DNA of 64,000 nt from an uncultured Nitratifractor sp. (GTDB taxonomy: Bacteria; Campylobacterota; Campylobacteria; Campylobacterales; Sulfurovaceae). Positions within the stretch are counted from its first letter, which is position 1; every line of letters begins with the position of its first letter. Shown here piece by piece: positions 19,234 through 30,285 of the stretch. Position numbers and translations under genes: made by a program. The notes beneath the pieces were generated by a model, which did no database searches, was not told the DNA's origin, and saw only the letters and a list, made by a program, of their open reading frames with translations. Location of the stretch: positions 3,173-67,172 of the forward strand of contig CAMZLH010000012.1 of the NCBI GenBank assembly GCA_947311565.1, read 5' to 3'.

Positions 19234-19997
19234 AACAGATAGATCCAAATAGTATTGAAGCAATAAACTATATGAAAAAAGTACCTAAAGAGCTTTTCTA
19301 TAAAGGGAATTTAGATCTTCTTAAAAGAAGATCAGTATCTATTGTTGGCACAAGAAGACCATCTGCATATACAAAAGATTTTACTTTTAAATTGGCAAAA
19401 GCTTTATCTAAAAGAGGTGTTGTTATAGTTAGTGGAGCTGCAATGGGTGTAGATGCTTTAGCTCATTTAGGGGCAGGGGAGTCTAATACAATAGCAGTTA
19501 TGCCTAATGGTTTAGATATTAAGTATCCAGCAGTAAATAGAAATTTAATTTCTCAAATAGAGGAGCAGGGTTTAGTTTTAAGTTTTTTTAAAGTAGGTTT
19601 TCGTGCAACTAAGTGGAGTTTTGTTGCACGAAATGAGTTAGTAGTAGCATTAGGAGAGCTACTAATAGTTACAGAAGCATACTTAAAGAGTGGCAGTTTA
19701 AGAAGTGTAGAGTATGCTTTAAGTATGGGCAAAAAGATATATGTATTACCACATAGATTAAACGAGAGTTTAGCCACAAATGAGTTATTAAAGAGTGGAA
19801 AAGCAGAGGTAATATATGACATAGAAGATTTTGCTAATAGATTTGGCATCTTAAATGAGAGTCTAGATAAATTTACTACATACTTAGAAAGTTCACCACC
19901 CCTAGATGATGCAATCATAAAATATGGAGATAAAATATATGAAGCAGAGTTAGAGGGCTTAATATCTATAGAGAATGGTTTTATAAAACTACTTTGA
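19230..19997 (+). CDS. dprA: DNA-processing protein DprA (short form)
   Basis: Rossmann-like core motifs: VSIVGTRRPS, VSGAAMGVDALAH. Confidence 0.85.
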   Translation: MKQIDPNSIEAINYMKKVPKELFYKGNLDLLKRRSVSIVGTRRPSAYTKDFTFKLAKALSKRGVVIVSGAAMGVDALAHLGAGESNTIAVMPNGLDIKYPAVNRNLISQIEEQGLVLSFFKVGFRATKWSFVARNELVVALGELLIVTEAYLKSGSLRSVEYALSMGKKIYVLPHRLNESLATNELLKSGKAEVIYDIEDFANRFGILNESLDKFTTYLESSPPLDDAIIKYGDKIYEAELEGLISIENGFIKLL

Positions 19998-20735
19998 TTT
20001 TATCTCTATTTTTTTAATCTATACTATCTAATTGAGATAAAATAGTTTAGCCAATTTTTATTTTAGATAATCATTAAACCCTATTATTAAACTAGCAAGA
20101 TTCATTGAACTATTGGTATTTATAAATAATCTTTTGCTCTTATAATCTCTTTTATAAACTCTTTACCAACTTATATAATTCTCTTTATAAATAGAGAACA
20201 TTACTACTTTAGTAAAAGCCAAAAAGCTATTGCACTAATTTATCATTAGAGTATCAGATATATCACAAAATGACATATATTAAGAGTTCAAGATTTTTAT
20301 AAACTATAATAAGAAGAAAGAAGGATTCACTATGTGTTAGTGTCTATTGTATAGGAGCATATCGAACCCATATTATGCAATAGATATAAGATCTCTTTTG
20401 CATAATATGGGTTTGAAGGTATATTTTGGAGTAAATATAGCTTGTTCCATTTTATGGAGAGTTTAAAGAGTTAACTATTTTTATAATTAAAGATAGTTAT
20501 TACTATATATACTATTATTTAATGGGGAAAACTATTATCTCTTATAGAGACTCCTAATATAGATAATTTTAAGGCATTATTGGTATATAAAACCAATATA
20601 TAAAGGCAATGAAACTATAGTAAAAGCATATGATTACTTATACTATTAAGATTTTGATATCCTAATCTTTATCTTGTATGCTTTCTAATATTTCACTATG
20701 CTTATTTAATTCTAATTATACGGAGGAAGAATAAA

Positions 20736-22442
20736 ATGATATCTAGAAGAAGTTTTTTTAAAATATCTATCTCATCTGCAGCGACATTGGCTCTCGGTGG
20801 ATGTAATTTAAATAATGAAAAATTAAAATATCACATCAACAGTAATTATAAATATAAAATGTTAATTCCAGAGCTATTTGAAATGCCACCTCAATTACCT
20901 AAACACATACCAATAGTTATTATAGGAAGTGGTTTTGGTGGCTCTGTTAGTGCTTTAAGATTAAGCGAAGCAGATAAAGATGTTGGAGTTATAGAAAGAG
21001 GAAATAGATGGCCTACATCTAAGCATAGAAAGATATTTGCACATGATATGTTCCCAGATGGTAGATCATTTTGGCATAGAAATAAATCTATTTTCCCAGC
21101 ACTTTCATATGATGTGAGTAATATTTTTGACCTAAAAATAACACATGTACCTATTACAAAATTTAGTGGAGTATTAGATATTATCGAGATGGATGGAGGA
21201 AGATCAAATGAAGTTGGAGGATACAATCTTCTTCTTGGTACAGGAGTTGGTGGTGGATCACTTATCTATACTGCTGTACATGCTATTCCAAAAAAAGAGT
21301 ATTTCGAATCTCTTTATCCTCCTGAAATAAATTATGAAGAGATGAGCAATGTCTACTTTCCAATAGTACAAAATATGCTAGGTTACTCTTATATGCCAAG
21401 TGATATTTTTAATAGTATACCTTTTAAACACTCGAGAGATTGGAATATAGAGGCAAGAAGAGCTGGCTATACTCCTAAACCTATATATTCTAATTTTAAC
21501 TGGGATATTGTAAGAGATGAACTATATTGGAGAGCATTACCTTCGGCAACACTTGGTTTAACTAATTTTGGTAATAGTAATGGTGTTAAGAACGACTTAA
21601 GACAAAATTATATTCCTGCTGCTGAAGCTACAGGTAAAACTACAATTTATCATAACCATGAAGTTACAGATATTATAGAAACAAGAAATGGCTTTAAACT
21701 CAAAATAGTACAATATGATCCATTTGGTAAAATTATTAAAAAAGAAGTAATTACATGTGATAAACTTATTATGGGTGCAGGGTCTTATCATACAACTAGA
21801 TTACTAGTTAAGGCAAAAGGTAAAAATAAAATTCATAACCTTAATGAGCATGTAGGTAAAAACTGGGGTGATAACCACTGTAAAATGTCATTTAGACAAG
21901 GTTTAGGGTGGGATGCCTTCCCAAGAGTAGGTACACAGGCATCGCCTTCTCCTACAGCAATAGAGGATAGAAATTTAGCTATACCTACATTTGCAGAAAA
22001 CTGGGCTAATGCATCTTTATTTGAAGTAGGTGTCTCTATGTGCCTATCTGTAGGTGCAGATACTGATAGAAATAATAGAGGTGAGTTTACATATGACCGA
22101 CATACAAGAGATGGAAAGCTTAGGTATCCGCCATCTTGTCGTGCAGAAGCTACAGAGTCTATGCGTACTATTAATAATAAATTAGCATATGCTAATAATC
22201 AAAGAACAGGAGCACCTGGATTTAATGATGTTATAGATACCGGCGCACACCCAATAGGTGGTATGGAGATTGGTAAAGCTACTGATATGTATGGTCGTGT
22301 TAAAGGTGTAGATAATCTTTATGTTATGGATGGCGCGCTACTTCCTGGTAATAATGCAGGTGCTAACCCTGTTTTAATGATTGCAGCCTTAGCAGAAAAA
22401 AATATCGCACACCTTATAAACGAAGGAGACTTCGACATATAA
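20736..22442 (+). CDS. GMC-family flavin oxidoreductase (cholesterol-oxidase-like) with a Tat signal and lipobox
   Basis: MISRRSFFK twin-arginine motif followed by LALGGC. FAD ADP-binding motif IIGSGFGGSV and a C-terminal GMC pattern (HP.GG....G.VD..L.V.DG...P...GANP). Confidence 0.8.
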   Translation: MISRRSFFKISISSAATLALGGCNLNNEKLKYHINSNYKYKMLIPELFEMPPQLPKHIPIVIIGSGFGGSVSALRLSEADKDVGVIERGNRWPTSKHRKIFAHDMFPDGRSFWHRNKSIFPALSYDVSNIFDLKITHVPITKFSGVLDIIEMDGGRSNEVGGYNLLLGTGVGGGSLIYTAVHAIPKKEYFESLYPPEINYEEMSNVYFPIVQNMLGYSYMPSDIFNSIPFKHSRDWNIEARRAGYTPKPIYSNFNWDIVRDELYWRALPSATLGLTNFGNSNGVKNDLRQNYIPAAEATGKTTIYHNHEVTDIIETRNGFKLKIVQYDPFGKIIKKEVITCDKLIMGAGSYHTTRLLVKAKGKNKIHNLNEHVGKNWGDNHCKMSFRQGLGWDAFPRVGTQASPSPTAIEDRNLAIPTFAENWANASLFEVGVSMCLSVGADTDRNNRGEFTYDRHTRDGKLRYPPSCRAEATESMRTINNKLAYANNQRTGAPGFNDVIDTGAHPIGGMEIGKATDMYGRVKGVDNLYVMDGALLPGNNAGANPVLMIAALAEKNIAHLINEGDFDI

Positions 22443-22485
22443 AATATCTATAAGCTATATCGAGTTAAATATTTATACAACAATA

Positions 22486-22507
22486 GGGCTTGCCAAAGCC
22501 CACTTTT
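22486..22507 (+). terminator. Rho-independent terminator candidate after the GMC oxidoreductase
   Basis: gggctt-gcca-aagccc hairpin (22486-22501) followed by acTTTT. Confidence 0.55.
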
Positions 22508-22921
22508 AGGTATTAGTAGTTTATATCTATGGTTTATGACTCTTTTAATTTAGATAAGTATAAAGTTTAAAATGAGTTCTTACTTTAGATAAAAACTATT
22601 TATATTGATAATGTTTATACCGTTTAGAAAGTTTTAATATATCATACAAACTAGTTACTATCAAGAAAAACCTGCTACCTACAAGCTACAATAGAGCTAA
22701 CCAGCACCCTAAAACAACTAGACCACCAAAGACCCCATTAAATACGACTTCGCAATATACAAAATTGAACAAGAGAAGCTGTTGGGTTAGTTATGCTTTT
22801 TTGATATAATTACTATTAACTACCCATATTTTAAAATAGTATATTGTTATCAAGTGTAAAAAGAGTTCATATTTAATAAGCCTCAAGGCTCATATAAACT
22901 TGTGAATAGTTTACAAATATC

Positions 22922-23341
22922 TCACCTAACCTTAATAACTCTACTCTGAGCTAATTTTAAAATTGTAGATGATTTACTATTTTGCAAGGGATAAACTACT
23001 ATATCTGCTTGGGTAGTGGCGTAGTTTAGGTTAAACTCTTCGTTACTTTTGTTTGCAGAGCTTGTATATGCCCAGCCAAGTCGATTTAGTAGTAGGTTGT
23101 GAGTTTTGCTTTTTACTACTCTAAATGAGTAGCCTTTAACTATATATGTGGTTTTATTAGAGCGTCTGACTCTGTTTTTATGTTTTCTTGGGACTCTATG
23201 TTTCAAGGCTTTTAGGCTTGGTAGGGCTGTAATGTATTGTTTATTGTTGGCTCTTTGCTTGGCTTTGTCTAGTGCGTTTTGCGATTTAGAGACAAAGCCA
23301 ATTGTTGTGTCGGTAGCTGTTAAGAATACACTTTTATGCAT
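22922..23341 (-). CDS. Sua5/YciO/YrdC-family domain protein (short)
   Basis: N-terminal [11 protein letters not shown] resembles the YrdC-fold motif. 139 aa. It overlaps the carB stop by 8 nt. Confidence 0.5.
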   Translation of the reverse strand: MHKSVFLTATDTTIGFVSKSQNALDKAKQRANNKQYITALPSLKALKHRVPRKHKNRVRRSNKTTYIVKGYSFRVVKSKTHNLLLNRLGWAYTSSANKSNEEFNLNYATTQADIVVYPLQNSKSSTILKLAQSRVIKVR

Positions 23342-26300
23342 TCTTTAAGTAGTCTTGTATTGCTGTTGGTTCTATTAGTTCGTTGCTCTGCTTTAACGAT
23401 GTAATAGCATCGGCTGCTGCTTTTGCTGCGGCTATTGTTGTAAAGTATGCAACATTGTTTGCTAAAACGCTTCTTCTTATTAGTTTTGCATCGCTTTTAC
23501 TTGCTGTGTTGTCGCTTGTGTTAATTACAATCGAAATTTCTCCGTTTTTAATATTGTCGTCTATATTTGGGCGACCTTCGTTTATTTTTAGCACTAGCTC
23601 GCTCTCTAAGTTAGCCTCTTGTAACACTTTGTGTGTCCCTCTTGTTGCAACTACTTTAAAGCCTAAATCTAGATACAATTTTGCAACCTCTGCTGCATGA
23701 GGCTTGTCGTTTTGCGTTAGTGACAGAAAGAGTGTTCCATTTAGTGGTATTGTATTTTTAGATGCAAACTGGCTCTTTGCAAAGCTCATTCCAAAGTCGC
23801 TGCTTATTCCCATTACTTCACCTGTAGATTTCATCTCTGGTCCTAATATTAGGTCTGAACCTGGTAGTTTGTTAAATGGAAATACTGCCTCTTTTACTGC
23901 AATGTGGCTCATTGGTTTTGGCTTCATTGGTGTTATATTGTAATCTACTACTTTAAATATGTCGTAGAATTTAAGAGCCTCTTTAAGGTTGCCCTCTACC
24001 ATAACTTTTGTTGCAACTTTTGCAAGTGGTAAGCCTGTCGCTTTAGATACAAATGGCACTGTTCTGCTGGCTCTTGGGTTTACCTCGATTAGATATACAT
24101 CATCTTCGAATATTGCGTATTGTATGTTCATTAATCCTACAACGCCTAATCCTATTGCAATATCCATTGTCTGTTTTGCAATTTTCTCTTTTAGCTCTGC
24201 GCTAATTGATTGTGTTGGCAATATACAAGCACTATCACCAGAGTGTATTCCTGCCTCTTCTATGTGTTGCATTATTGAGCCAATATATACATCTTTACCA
24301 TCGCTAATTGCATCTACATCTAGCTCTATTGCGTTGTTTAAGAACTTATCTACAAGCACTGGAGATTCGTTTGAAACCTCTACTGCTTCGTCCATATACT
24401 CTTTTAACTCTGCATCGCTAAATACTGTTCTCATTGCTCTTCCACCAAGTACAAAACTTGGGCGAACAAGCACTGGGTAGCCAATTTTATTTGCAATTAT
24501 AAGGGCCTCTTCTTTAGTAAATGCTGTTCCATTTTCTGGTTGCTTTAATCCAAGTTTGTTTATAAAGTCAGAAAACTTCTCTCTATCTTCTGCCATATCG
24601 ATAACTTTTGCACTTGTACCAACAATTTTTGCACCAATCTCTGTTAGTTTTTTAGCTAACTTTAGAGGTGTTTGCCCACCAAAGTGAACAATAATACCAT
24701 CTGGATTTTCAGCCTCTAAGACATTTCTTACATGCTCAAAATCTATTGGTTCAAAGTATAGAATATCGCTTGTATCGTAGTCTGTAGATACTGTCTCTGG
24801 GTTACAGTTGTACATTATAGAGTCTATACCCATATCTTTTAGTGCAAATGCAGCGTGAACACAGCAGTAGTCAAACTCGATACCTTGACCAATTCTGTTT
24901 GGTCCACCACCAATTACTAGCACCTTTTTATTACCATCTTTTGTTGGTTTAGTTTGTGTTAGCTCGTCTGAAATGCTAATACTTGAGTATAGGTATGGCG
25001 TTAAGGCTTTAAACTCTGCTGCGCAAGTATCTACCTCGTTAAAGTGGTGTGTAATGCCTAGCTTTACTCTTGCATTGTAAACATCGTTTTCGCTAATAGA
25101 CGCTTTGTCTGCTTTGTTTATAAGAGTTGCTATCATAGCGTCGCTAAAGCCATCTGCTTTTAAGCTTCTTAGCTTCTCTTTGTTAGTTAGTGCAGATAGT
25201 TCTGTCTCTTTTTCTGCTTTTGCTATCTCTTCAAACTGATACAAGAACCATGGGTCAACTTTGCAAAGCTCAAAAACCTCTTCTACACTTTTACCTCTTC
25301 TGAAAGCCTCTACTATATATAAAAATCTATCTTCGTTTGGTCTAACTATCTCTTTTATTAGCTCATCTTCGTTGCAATCTATTGAGTCAAAGCCAATTAG
25401 TCCAGTCTCTAGCGATACAAGTGCTTTTTGAAACGACTCTTTAAATGTTCTACCAATACTCATAACCTCTCCAACACTCTTCATTGCTGTTGTAAGTGTA
25501 GAGTCTGCTTGAGGAAATTTTTCAAAAGTAAAGCGAGGTATTTTTGTTACTATATAGTCAATTACTGGCTCGAACGATGCTGGTGTTCCTGTAATATCGT
25601 TTGTAATTTCATCTAGTGTATAACCAACCGATAGAAGTGTTGCAACTTTTGCAATTGGGTAACCAGTTGCTTTAGATGCAAGTGCAGATGAACGACTAAC
25701 TCTTGGGTTCATCTCGATAACTATCATTCTACCTGTCTTGGGATTTATAGAGAATTGAACATTACTACCGCCAGTATCTACGCCTATCTCTCTTAATATC
25801 TTAAAAGAGGCGTCTCTCATTTTTTGATACTCTTTATCTGTAAGTGTAAGTGCTGGAGCAATTGTTACAGAGTCACCAGTATGAACACCCATTGGGTCAA
25901 CATTTTCAATAGAGCATACAATAATACAGTTGTCTGCTCTATCTCTAATAACTTCCATCTCGTACTCTTTCCAACCAAGTAGAGACTCTTCTATCAGAAT
26001 TTCGTTAATTGGGCTTGCCTCTAAGCCACCTTGAGCAATTTGTTTAAACTCGTCTATATTATATGCAACACCACTACCACCACCTGCAAGTGTGTAAGAG
26101 GCTCTAATAATTAGTGGAAAGCCTATCTCTTTTGCAGCAATTTGAGCCTCTTCCATATTGTATGCATATTTAGAGATTGGTAAATCCATACCTATCTTTA
26201 ACATTGCCTCTTTAAAGGCTTGTCTATCTTCGCCTTTTTTAATAGCCTCTGGGTTTGCACCTAAAAACTCCACGCCATCTAACATGCCTTGCTCATGCAT

Positions 26301-26603
26301 ACTCATAGCAACATTTAGTGCAGTCTGCCCACCCATTGTTGGTAAAATTGCATCAACTTTCTCTTTTTTGATAATTTTAGAAATAATCTCTTCATCTATT
26401 GGTTCTATATATGTTCTATCAGCAAACTCTGGGTCTGTCATGATTGTTGCAGGGTTTGAATTGATTAAAACAACACGGTAACCAAGCTCTTTTAGAGTCT
26501 TAGCAGCTTGTGTTCCAGAGTAGTCAAATTCGCAAGCTTGCCCAATAACAATTGGACCTGATCCTATAAGTAATATAGTTTTTATATCATCTCTTTTTGG
26601 CAT
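23334..26603 (-). CDS. carB: Carbamoyl-phosphate synthase large subunit
   Basis: 1089 aa with a duplicated ATP-grasp architecture and canonical CarB motifs throughout (e.g. [49 protein letters not shown]). Confidence 0.97.
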   Translation of the reverse strand: MPKRDDIKTILLIGSGPIVIGQACEFDYSGTQAAKTLKELGYRVVLINSNPATIMTDPEFADRTYIEPIDEEIISKIIKKEKVDAILPTMGGQTALNVAMSMHEQGMLDGVEFLGANPEAIKKGEDRQAFKEAMLKIGMDLPISKYAYNMEEAQIAAKEIGFPLIIRASYTLAGGGSGVAYNIDEFKQIAQGGLEASPINEILIEESLLGWKEYEMEVIRDRADNCIIVCSIENVDPMGVHTGDSVTIAPALTLTDKEYQKMRDASFKILREIGVDTGGSNVQFSINPKTGRMIVIEMNPRVSRSSALASKATGYPIAKVATLLSVGYTLDEITNDITGTPASFEPVIDYIVTKIPRFTFEKFPQADSTLTTAMKSVGEVMSIGRTFKESFQKALVSLETGLIGFDSIDCNEDELIKEIVRPNEDRFLYIVEAFRRGKSVEEVFELCKVDPWFLYQFEEIAKAEKETELSALTNKEKLRSLKADGFSDAMIATLINKADKASISENDVYNARVKLGITHHFNEVDTCAAEFKALTPYLYSSISISDELTQTKPTKDGNKKVLVIGGGPNRIGQGIEFDYCCVHAAFALKDMGIDSIMYNCNPETVSTDYDTSDILYFEPIDFEHVRNVLEAENPDGIIVHFGGQTPLKLAKKLTEIGAKIVGTSAKVIDMAEDREKFSDFINKLGLKQPENGTAFTKEEALIIANKIGYPVLVRPSFVLGGRAMRTVFSDAELKEYMDEAVEVSNESPVLVDKFLNNAIELDVDAISDGKDVYIGSIMQHIEEAGIHSGDSACILPTQSISAELKEKIAKQTMDIAIGLGVVGLMNIQYAIFEDDVYLIEVNPRASRTVPFVSKATGLPLAKVATKVMVEGNLKEALKFYDIFKVVDYNITPMKPKPMSHIAVKEAVFPFNKLPGSDLILGPEMKSTGEVMGISSDFGMSFAKSQFASKNTIPLNGTLFLSLTQNDKPHAAEVAKLYLDLGFKVVATRGTHKVLQEANLESELVLKINEGRPNIDDNIKNGEISIVINTSDNTASKSDAKLIRRSVLANNVAYFTTIAAAKAAADAITSLKQSNELIEPTAIQDYLKNA

Positions 26604-26611
26604 TAAAGTAG

Positions 26612-26647
26612 ACCTCTTTTTAGTTAAGTATTATACTAAAAAGAGGT
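26612..26647. promoter_or_regulatory. 10-bp perfect palindromic hairpin between the receiver-gene stop and the carB start. One arm contains the carB Shine-Dalgarno.
   Basis: acctcttttt (26612-26621) pairs with aaaaagaggt (26638-26647). On the minus strand the carB-proximal arm reads aaaaagaggt, 8 nt before the carB ATG, and the loop contains tataat. Confidence 0.4.
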
Positions 26648-26722
26648 TAAACTCGGATTATAGAGTAGAGATTAGGGAAGTTAGATAAAGCATTTATCTC
26701 TATATTAATCATAGGGTTCAAT

Positions 26723-27103
26723 TTATTGCTTCTCTTCAATCCAATATGCAATTTTTATTAGTAGATCATCTTCTTTGATTGGCTTGATTAAGATATCGTC
26801 TGCACCATGGTTTAAGGCTTCAGATACTCTACTGTCATCTGTAGTTAAAACAATGACAGGTATATTTGAATTAATTTTTTTACTTCTAAACTCTTTTAGA
26901 AACCCTTTACCATCTAATATTGGCATAACAAGATCTAACAGCACTAAATTTATATTCTCTCTCTCTGCGATAGCTAGTGCCTCTGCACCATTATTGGCTT
27001 CTACTATATTCTCTACAATATCTTGGTGATGATGTAACATAGCTTTAATAAGCATTCTATTTATATCATCATCATCAACTAAAAGAATAGTTAATTTTTT
27101 CAT
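26723..27103 (-). CDS. Single-domain response regulator (CheY-like receiver)
   Basis: DD pair (LLVDDDD), phospho-acceptor context VLLDLVMP, and T..(A) and K motifs (VIVLTT, IKP). Confidence 0.85.
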   Translation of the reverse strand: MKKLTILLVDDDDINRMLIKAMLHHHQDIVENIVEANNGAEALAIAERENINLVLLDLVMPILDGKGFLKEFRSKKINSNIPVIVLTTDDSRVSEALNHGADDILIKPIKEDDLLIKIAYWIEEKQ

Positions 27104-30100
27104 CTTATATTCCGAAAATCTTTAATTATAGAGATAATTTCATCTTTATTTGCTAATTTATTAATAGCCTTAACTGTTACTCCGTTGTAGTTTCGACTCT
27201 GCTGTTGCCCATCTGTTAATACTATATTTATATTATTATTTTTAATTAACTCTAATATCTCTTCGGTTAAATACTCTTCATCTGTAAATACTATATCATA
27301 ATTTTTGTTTTTAATCTTCTCTATTAGAGTCTCATTCTCATCTAATATATCATACTTTAAATTTGCTGATGCTATTATTGTTGATAATATTTTATTACTT
27401 AATAGAAACTTCTTAGCTATTAGTATAATCTTCTCTTCTAAATCTAAACTTTGGACTTTATTTTCAACTATAACAGTTTCATTATTATCAATATTGTAAC
27501 TATTATCTATTTTGTCAAAATTTAAAGTAGATTTATGACTTAAAAATTTATGCAATATGTATAGTAACTCAGACATCTCAATAGGCTTTGATATATACTC
27601 ATCTAACCCTTCTTGAAGTAATCTTTCTCTATCACCTTTTAGAGCATTAGCAGTTAATGCTATTATTGGAACCATATTGAGTCCATTTTCATTTTCATAT
27701 CTCTTAATTATTTTAGTAGCTTCAATACCATCCATTATTGGCATTTGAATATCCATAAAAATAAGATCATAATCATTTGAAGATTCTCTCTTTCTAACAG
27801 CCTCTTCACCATTACTAGCTACATCAACTTTTAATCCAAAACCTTTTAATATATTAATAATAAGTTTTTGGTTAATAATATTATCTTCAGCTACAAGAGC
27901 TTTACCAACATACTTAGCATGTATAGTTGCAGTATTTAACTTTTGTATATCTTCAAATTTTGTTAAGTACTTTAGTGTAGTTAGTAACTTTGTAAGTCCA
28001 ATAGGTTTAAATAAAACTCTCTCATTTGGTAGAGAGAATAGATTTAGATTGTTATTATTGGTAATTGTAGATATAACAACAAGCTCTTTTTGATATCTAT
28101 TTGAGAGTATCTCTTCTATATCTTTATCTGCACGATTTATATCTACAACTATAGCTCTAGTATCGTTATCATGTTTAGATATTTGCATCTCTAAATCATC
28201 TATATTACTAAATTTATAGTAGTGCACACCATAATATTTTAAATACTTAATAATATATTCTTCTAATTTATTCTCTTTATTATCCGTATAAAGATATAGA
28301 TCTAAATTTGCAAACTTATTTCTATAATCTATATATTCACTATCTACCTCTTCGATAGGTAGTGTATAGTAGAAAGTTGAACCAACTCCCTCTTTGCTCT
28401 CAACCTTTAACTCTCCACCCATTAACTCAACATACTGTTTTGTAATTGTTAGTCCTAATCCAGTACCGCCATACTTTCTATTTATAGATGAGTCCCCTTG
28501 CATAAATGGCTGGAATATTCTACTTTGCTGTTGTCGGCTCATGCCTATTCCATTATCACTAACAATAAACTCAATCCATATTCTATTATCCTCTTCAATC
28601 TTGAAGCTTTTTTTAATCTCAATATCAATTTTGCCATGTTTATTAGTAAATTTAATTGAATTATTTAGTAGATTAGTTAATATCTCTTTTAGTTTTGTTG
28701 GGTCACCTTTTAGTTTAGGTGTAATTTCAGGGTCTAGATAGTAGTTTAGCTCTATACCTTTTTCAGAGGCAATTACTGCAAATGTATCTATTGTACTATC
28801 AAACTCTTTTGCAGTGTCAAATATTATATGCTCTAGATCTACTTTGTTGCTCTCTAGTTTAGATAGATCTAATATATTATTAATAATATTTAAAAGGTTA
28901 TCTGAACTTTTTTCAATAATATCTATATACTCTTCTTGTTTATCATTTAACTTAGTATTTTTAAGTAGCTCTGCAAAACCTATAATACCATTCATTGGTG
29001 TTCTAATCTCATGAGACATATTTGCTAAGAAGTAAGATTTGGCTCTATTTGCCTCTATAGCTTCTACTTTATCCTCTTTTGCAGTCTCTACCATCTTCTC
29101 TAAAAAGTTATAACCTTTTCTTATACCTTTAGATGTCTCAAAATCTATTTTATCTATACCTTTTAATTCATCTTTTACTGAAGGGTCAGTCTCTTTAAGC
29201 TCTTTAACTGCTCTTTTTAGAGTAAGCTCAAGCTCTTTAGAGTTTGCTTCTAACTCTTTAGATATTTTATAACCAAACATTATTAAAATTAAAGATGCAA
29301 GTAGTAGTAGTCCAAATAGAGCAACTAGTTTTAAATGCTTATTCATATATATCTCTAGTTTAGTTTGAGCATCTTTATATATTATTGTAGATGTTTTATT
29401 GTGTAGACCTACATACTTACTAAGTACTGTAAATAGCCTTATAGTATCGGTTTTATATGATCCATTTGTAGAGTTATTAATTACATCGCTATATACAGAG
29501 ATAAACTTTCTTTCAATAGTCTCTTTGTAAGAGTTTTTTAAAAAATTATTAATATTTTCTGATAATATAGGGTCTTCAATAAGTTTTGGATCAAAAAGCA
29601 TAGATTTAGCATGATAATTAATCCATATAGATAGTTTCTCATTATCCATAGGAGTCTTATCTTCTATATTGAATATTAAAAAATCTCTAAGTAGCCCAGA
29701 GTACTCTTGACTTATATATAGCTTAGTTAAAGAGTTACTAATTTTATTTAAATCTATATTTAGAGAAAATCTATTTATTTGAAGTAGATTATTTAAAATA
29801 GGAGTAGTTAGTTTAGTTGTGTATAGTTTTACAATCTCTTTGCTACTCTCTTTAGAGGCTGAATTTATTTTTTCTCTTATGTTTGATATCTCATTTAGAT
29901 TTTGACTTAAATTATTATATAATTTTTTATCTAGTGATAAACTATATTTAGATAACAAACTTTTAGGTATTAGTGTAGAGTTTTCAATAATTAGATTATT
30001 TTTATACTCATTAATAGCAAGATTAGTCTTTTTAAATTGATTAGTTAGTAACTTTTTATATAGTCTCTTATTAGAAGCTAAATATAGAGATGATATACCT

Positions 30101-30285
30101 CTCTCTTTATCTATCTCAACAAGTAATCTATCTAATATAATATTATTTTTTGTAACTATTTTATATGATTTTATTTTTTCGTAATTAATATATGTATCAT
30201 AAAACAGGTAAGTAGCCGCAGCTACTAATATAAGTGTAGGTAGTATAGTTATTAATTTAAGTTTATTTTTAATTTTCATTATCAC
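27100..30285 (-). CDS. Hybrid sensor histidine kinase with an N-terminal NIT-like periplasmic sensor, HisKA/HATPase core and receiver domain(s)
   Basis: TM helix, then the NIT-type motif ERGISSLYLAS, then a second TM helix. H-box SHEIRTPMNGI, N/G boxes (NLLNNSIKFT, DNGIGM, GGTGLGL), and a receiver ALVAEDN..IFMDIQMPIMDG..ALTA. Confidence 0.85.
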   Translation of the reverse strand: MIMKIKNKLKLITILPTLILVAAATYLFYDTYINYEKIKSYKIVTKNNIILDRLLVEIDKERGISSLYLASNKRLYKKLLTNQFKKTNLAINEYKNNLIIENSTLIPKSLLSKYSLSLDKKLYNNLSQNLNEISNIREKINSASKESSKEIVKLYTTKLTTPILNNLLQINRFSLNIDLNKISNSLTKLYISQEYSGLLRDFLIFNIEDKTPMDNEKLSIWINYHAKSMLFDPKLIEDPILSENINNFLKNSYKETIERKFISVYSDVINNSTNGSYKTDTIRLFTVLSKYVGLHNKTSTIIYKDAQTKLEIYMNKHLKLVALFGLLLLASLILIMFGYKISKELEANSKELELTLKRAVKELKETDPSVKDELKGIDKIDFETSKGIRKGYNFLEKMVETAKEDKVEAIEANRAKSYFLANMSHEIRTPMNGIIGFAELLKNTKLNDKQEEYIDIIEKSSDNLLNIINNILDLSKLESNKVDLEHIIFDTAKEFDSTIDTFAVIASEKGIELNYYLDPEITPKLKGDPTKLKEILTNLLNNSIKFTNKHGKIDIEIKKSFKIEEDNRIWIEFIVSDNGIGMSRQQQSRIFQPFMQGDSSINRKYGGTGLGLTITKQYVELMGGELKVESKEGVGSTFYYTLPIEEVDSEYIDYRNKFANLDLYLYTDNKENKLEEYIIKYLKYYGVHYYKFSNIDDLEMQISKHDNDTRAIVVDINRADKDIEEILSNRYQKELVVISTITNNNNLNLFSLPNERVLFKPIGLTKLLTTLKYLTKFEDIQKLNTATIHAKYVGKALVAEDNIINQKLIINILKGFGLKVDVASNGEEAVRKRESSNDYDLIFMDIQMPIMDGIEATKIIKRYENENGLNMVPIIALTANALKGDRERLLQEGLDEYISKPIEMSELLYILHKFLSHKSTLNFDKIDNSYNIDNNETVIVENKVQSLDLEEKIILIAKKFLLSNKILSTIIASANLKYDILDENETLIEKIKNKNYDIVFTDEEYLTEEILELIKNNNINIVLTDGQQQSRNYNGVTVKAINKLANKDEIISIIKDFRNIR

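Noticed and set aside
23383-26481. Several + strand ORFs of 62-163 aa inside carB (23383-23700, 23704-23943, 23989-24480, 25428-25616, 26158-26481). Similar antisense ORFs lie inside lysS, pilT, the hybrid kinase, the Hpt gene, guaA, hemE, asd and others.
   Set aside because: They lie entirely within, and antisense to, long genes that have unmistakable conserved motifs. Their products are low-complexity and rich in Ser/Leu/Ile/Phe, as expected for shadow frames in AT-rich DNA. They have no RBS or motif support.
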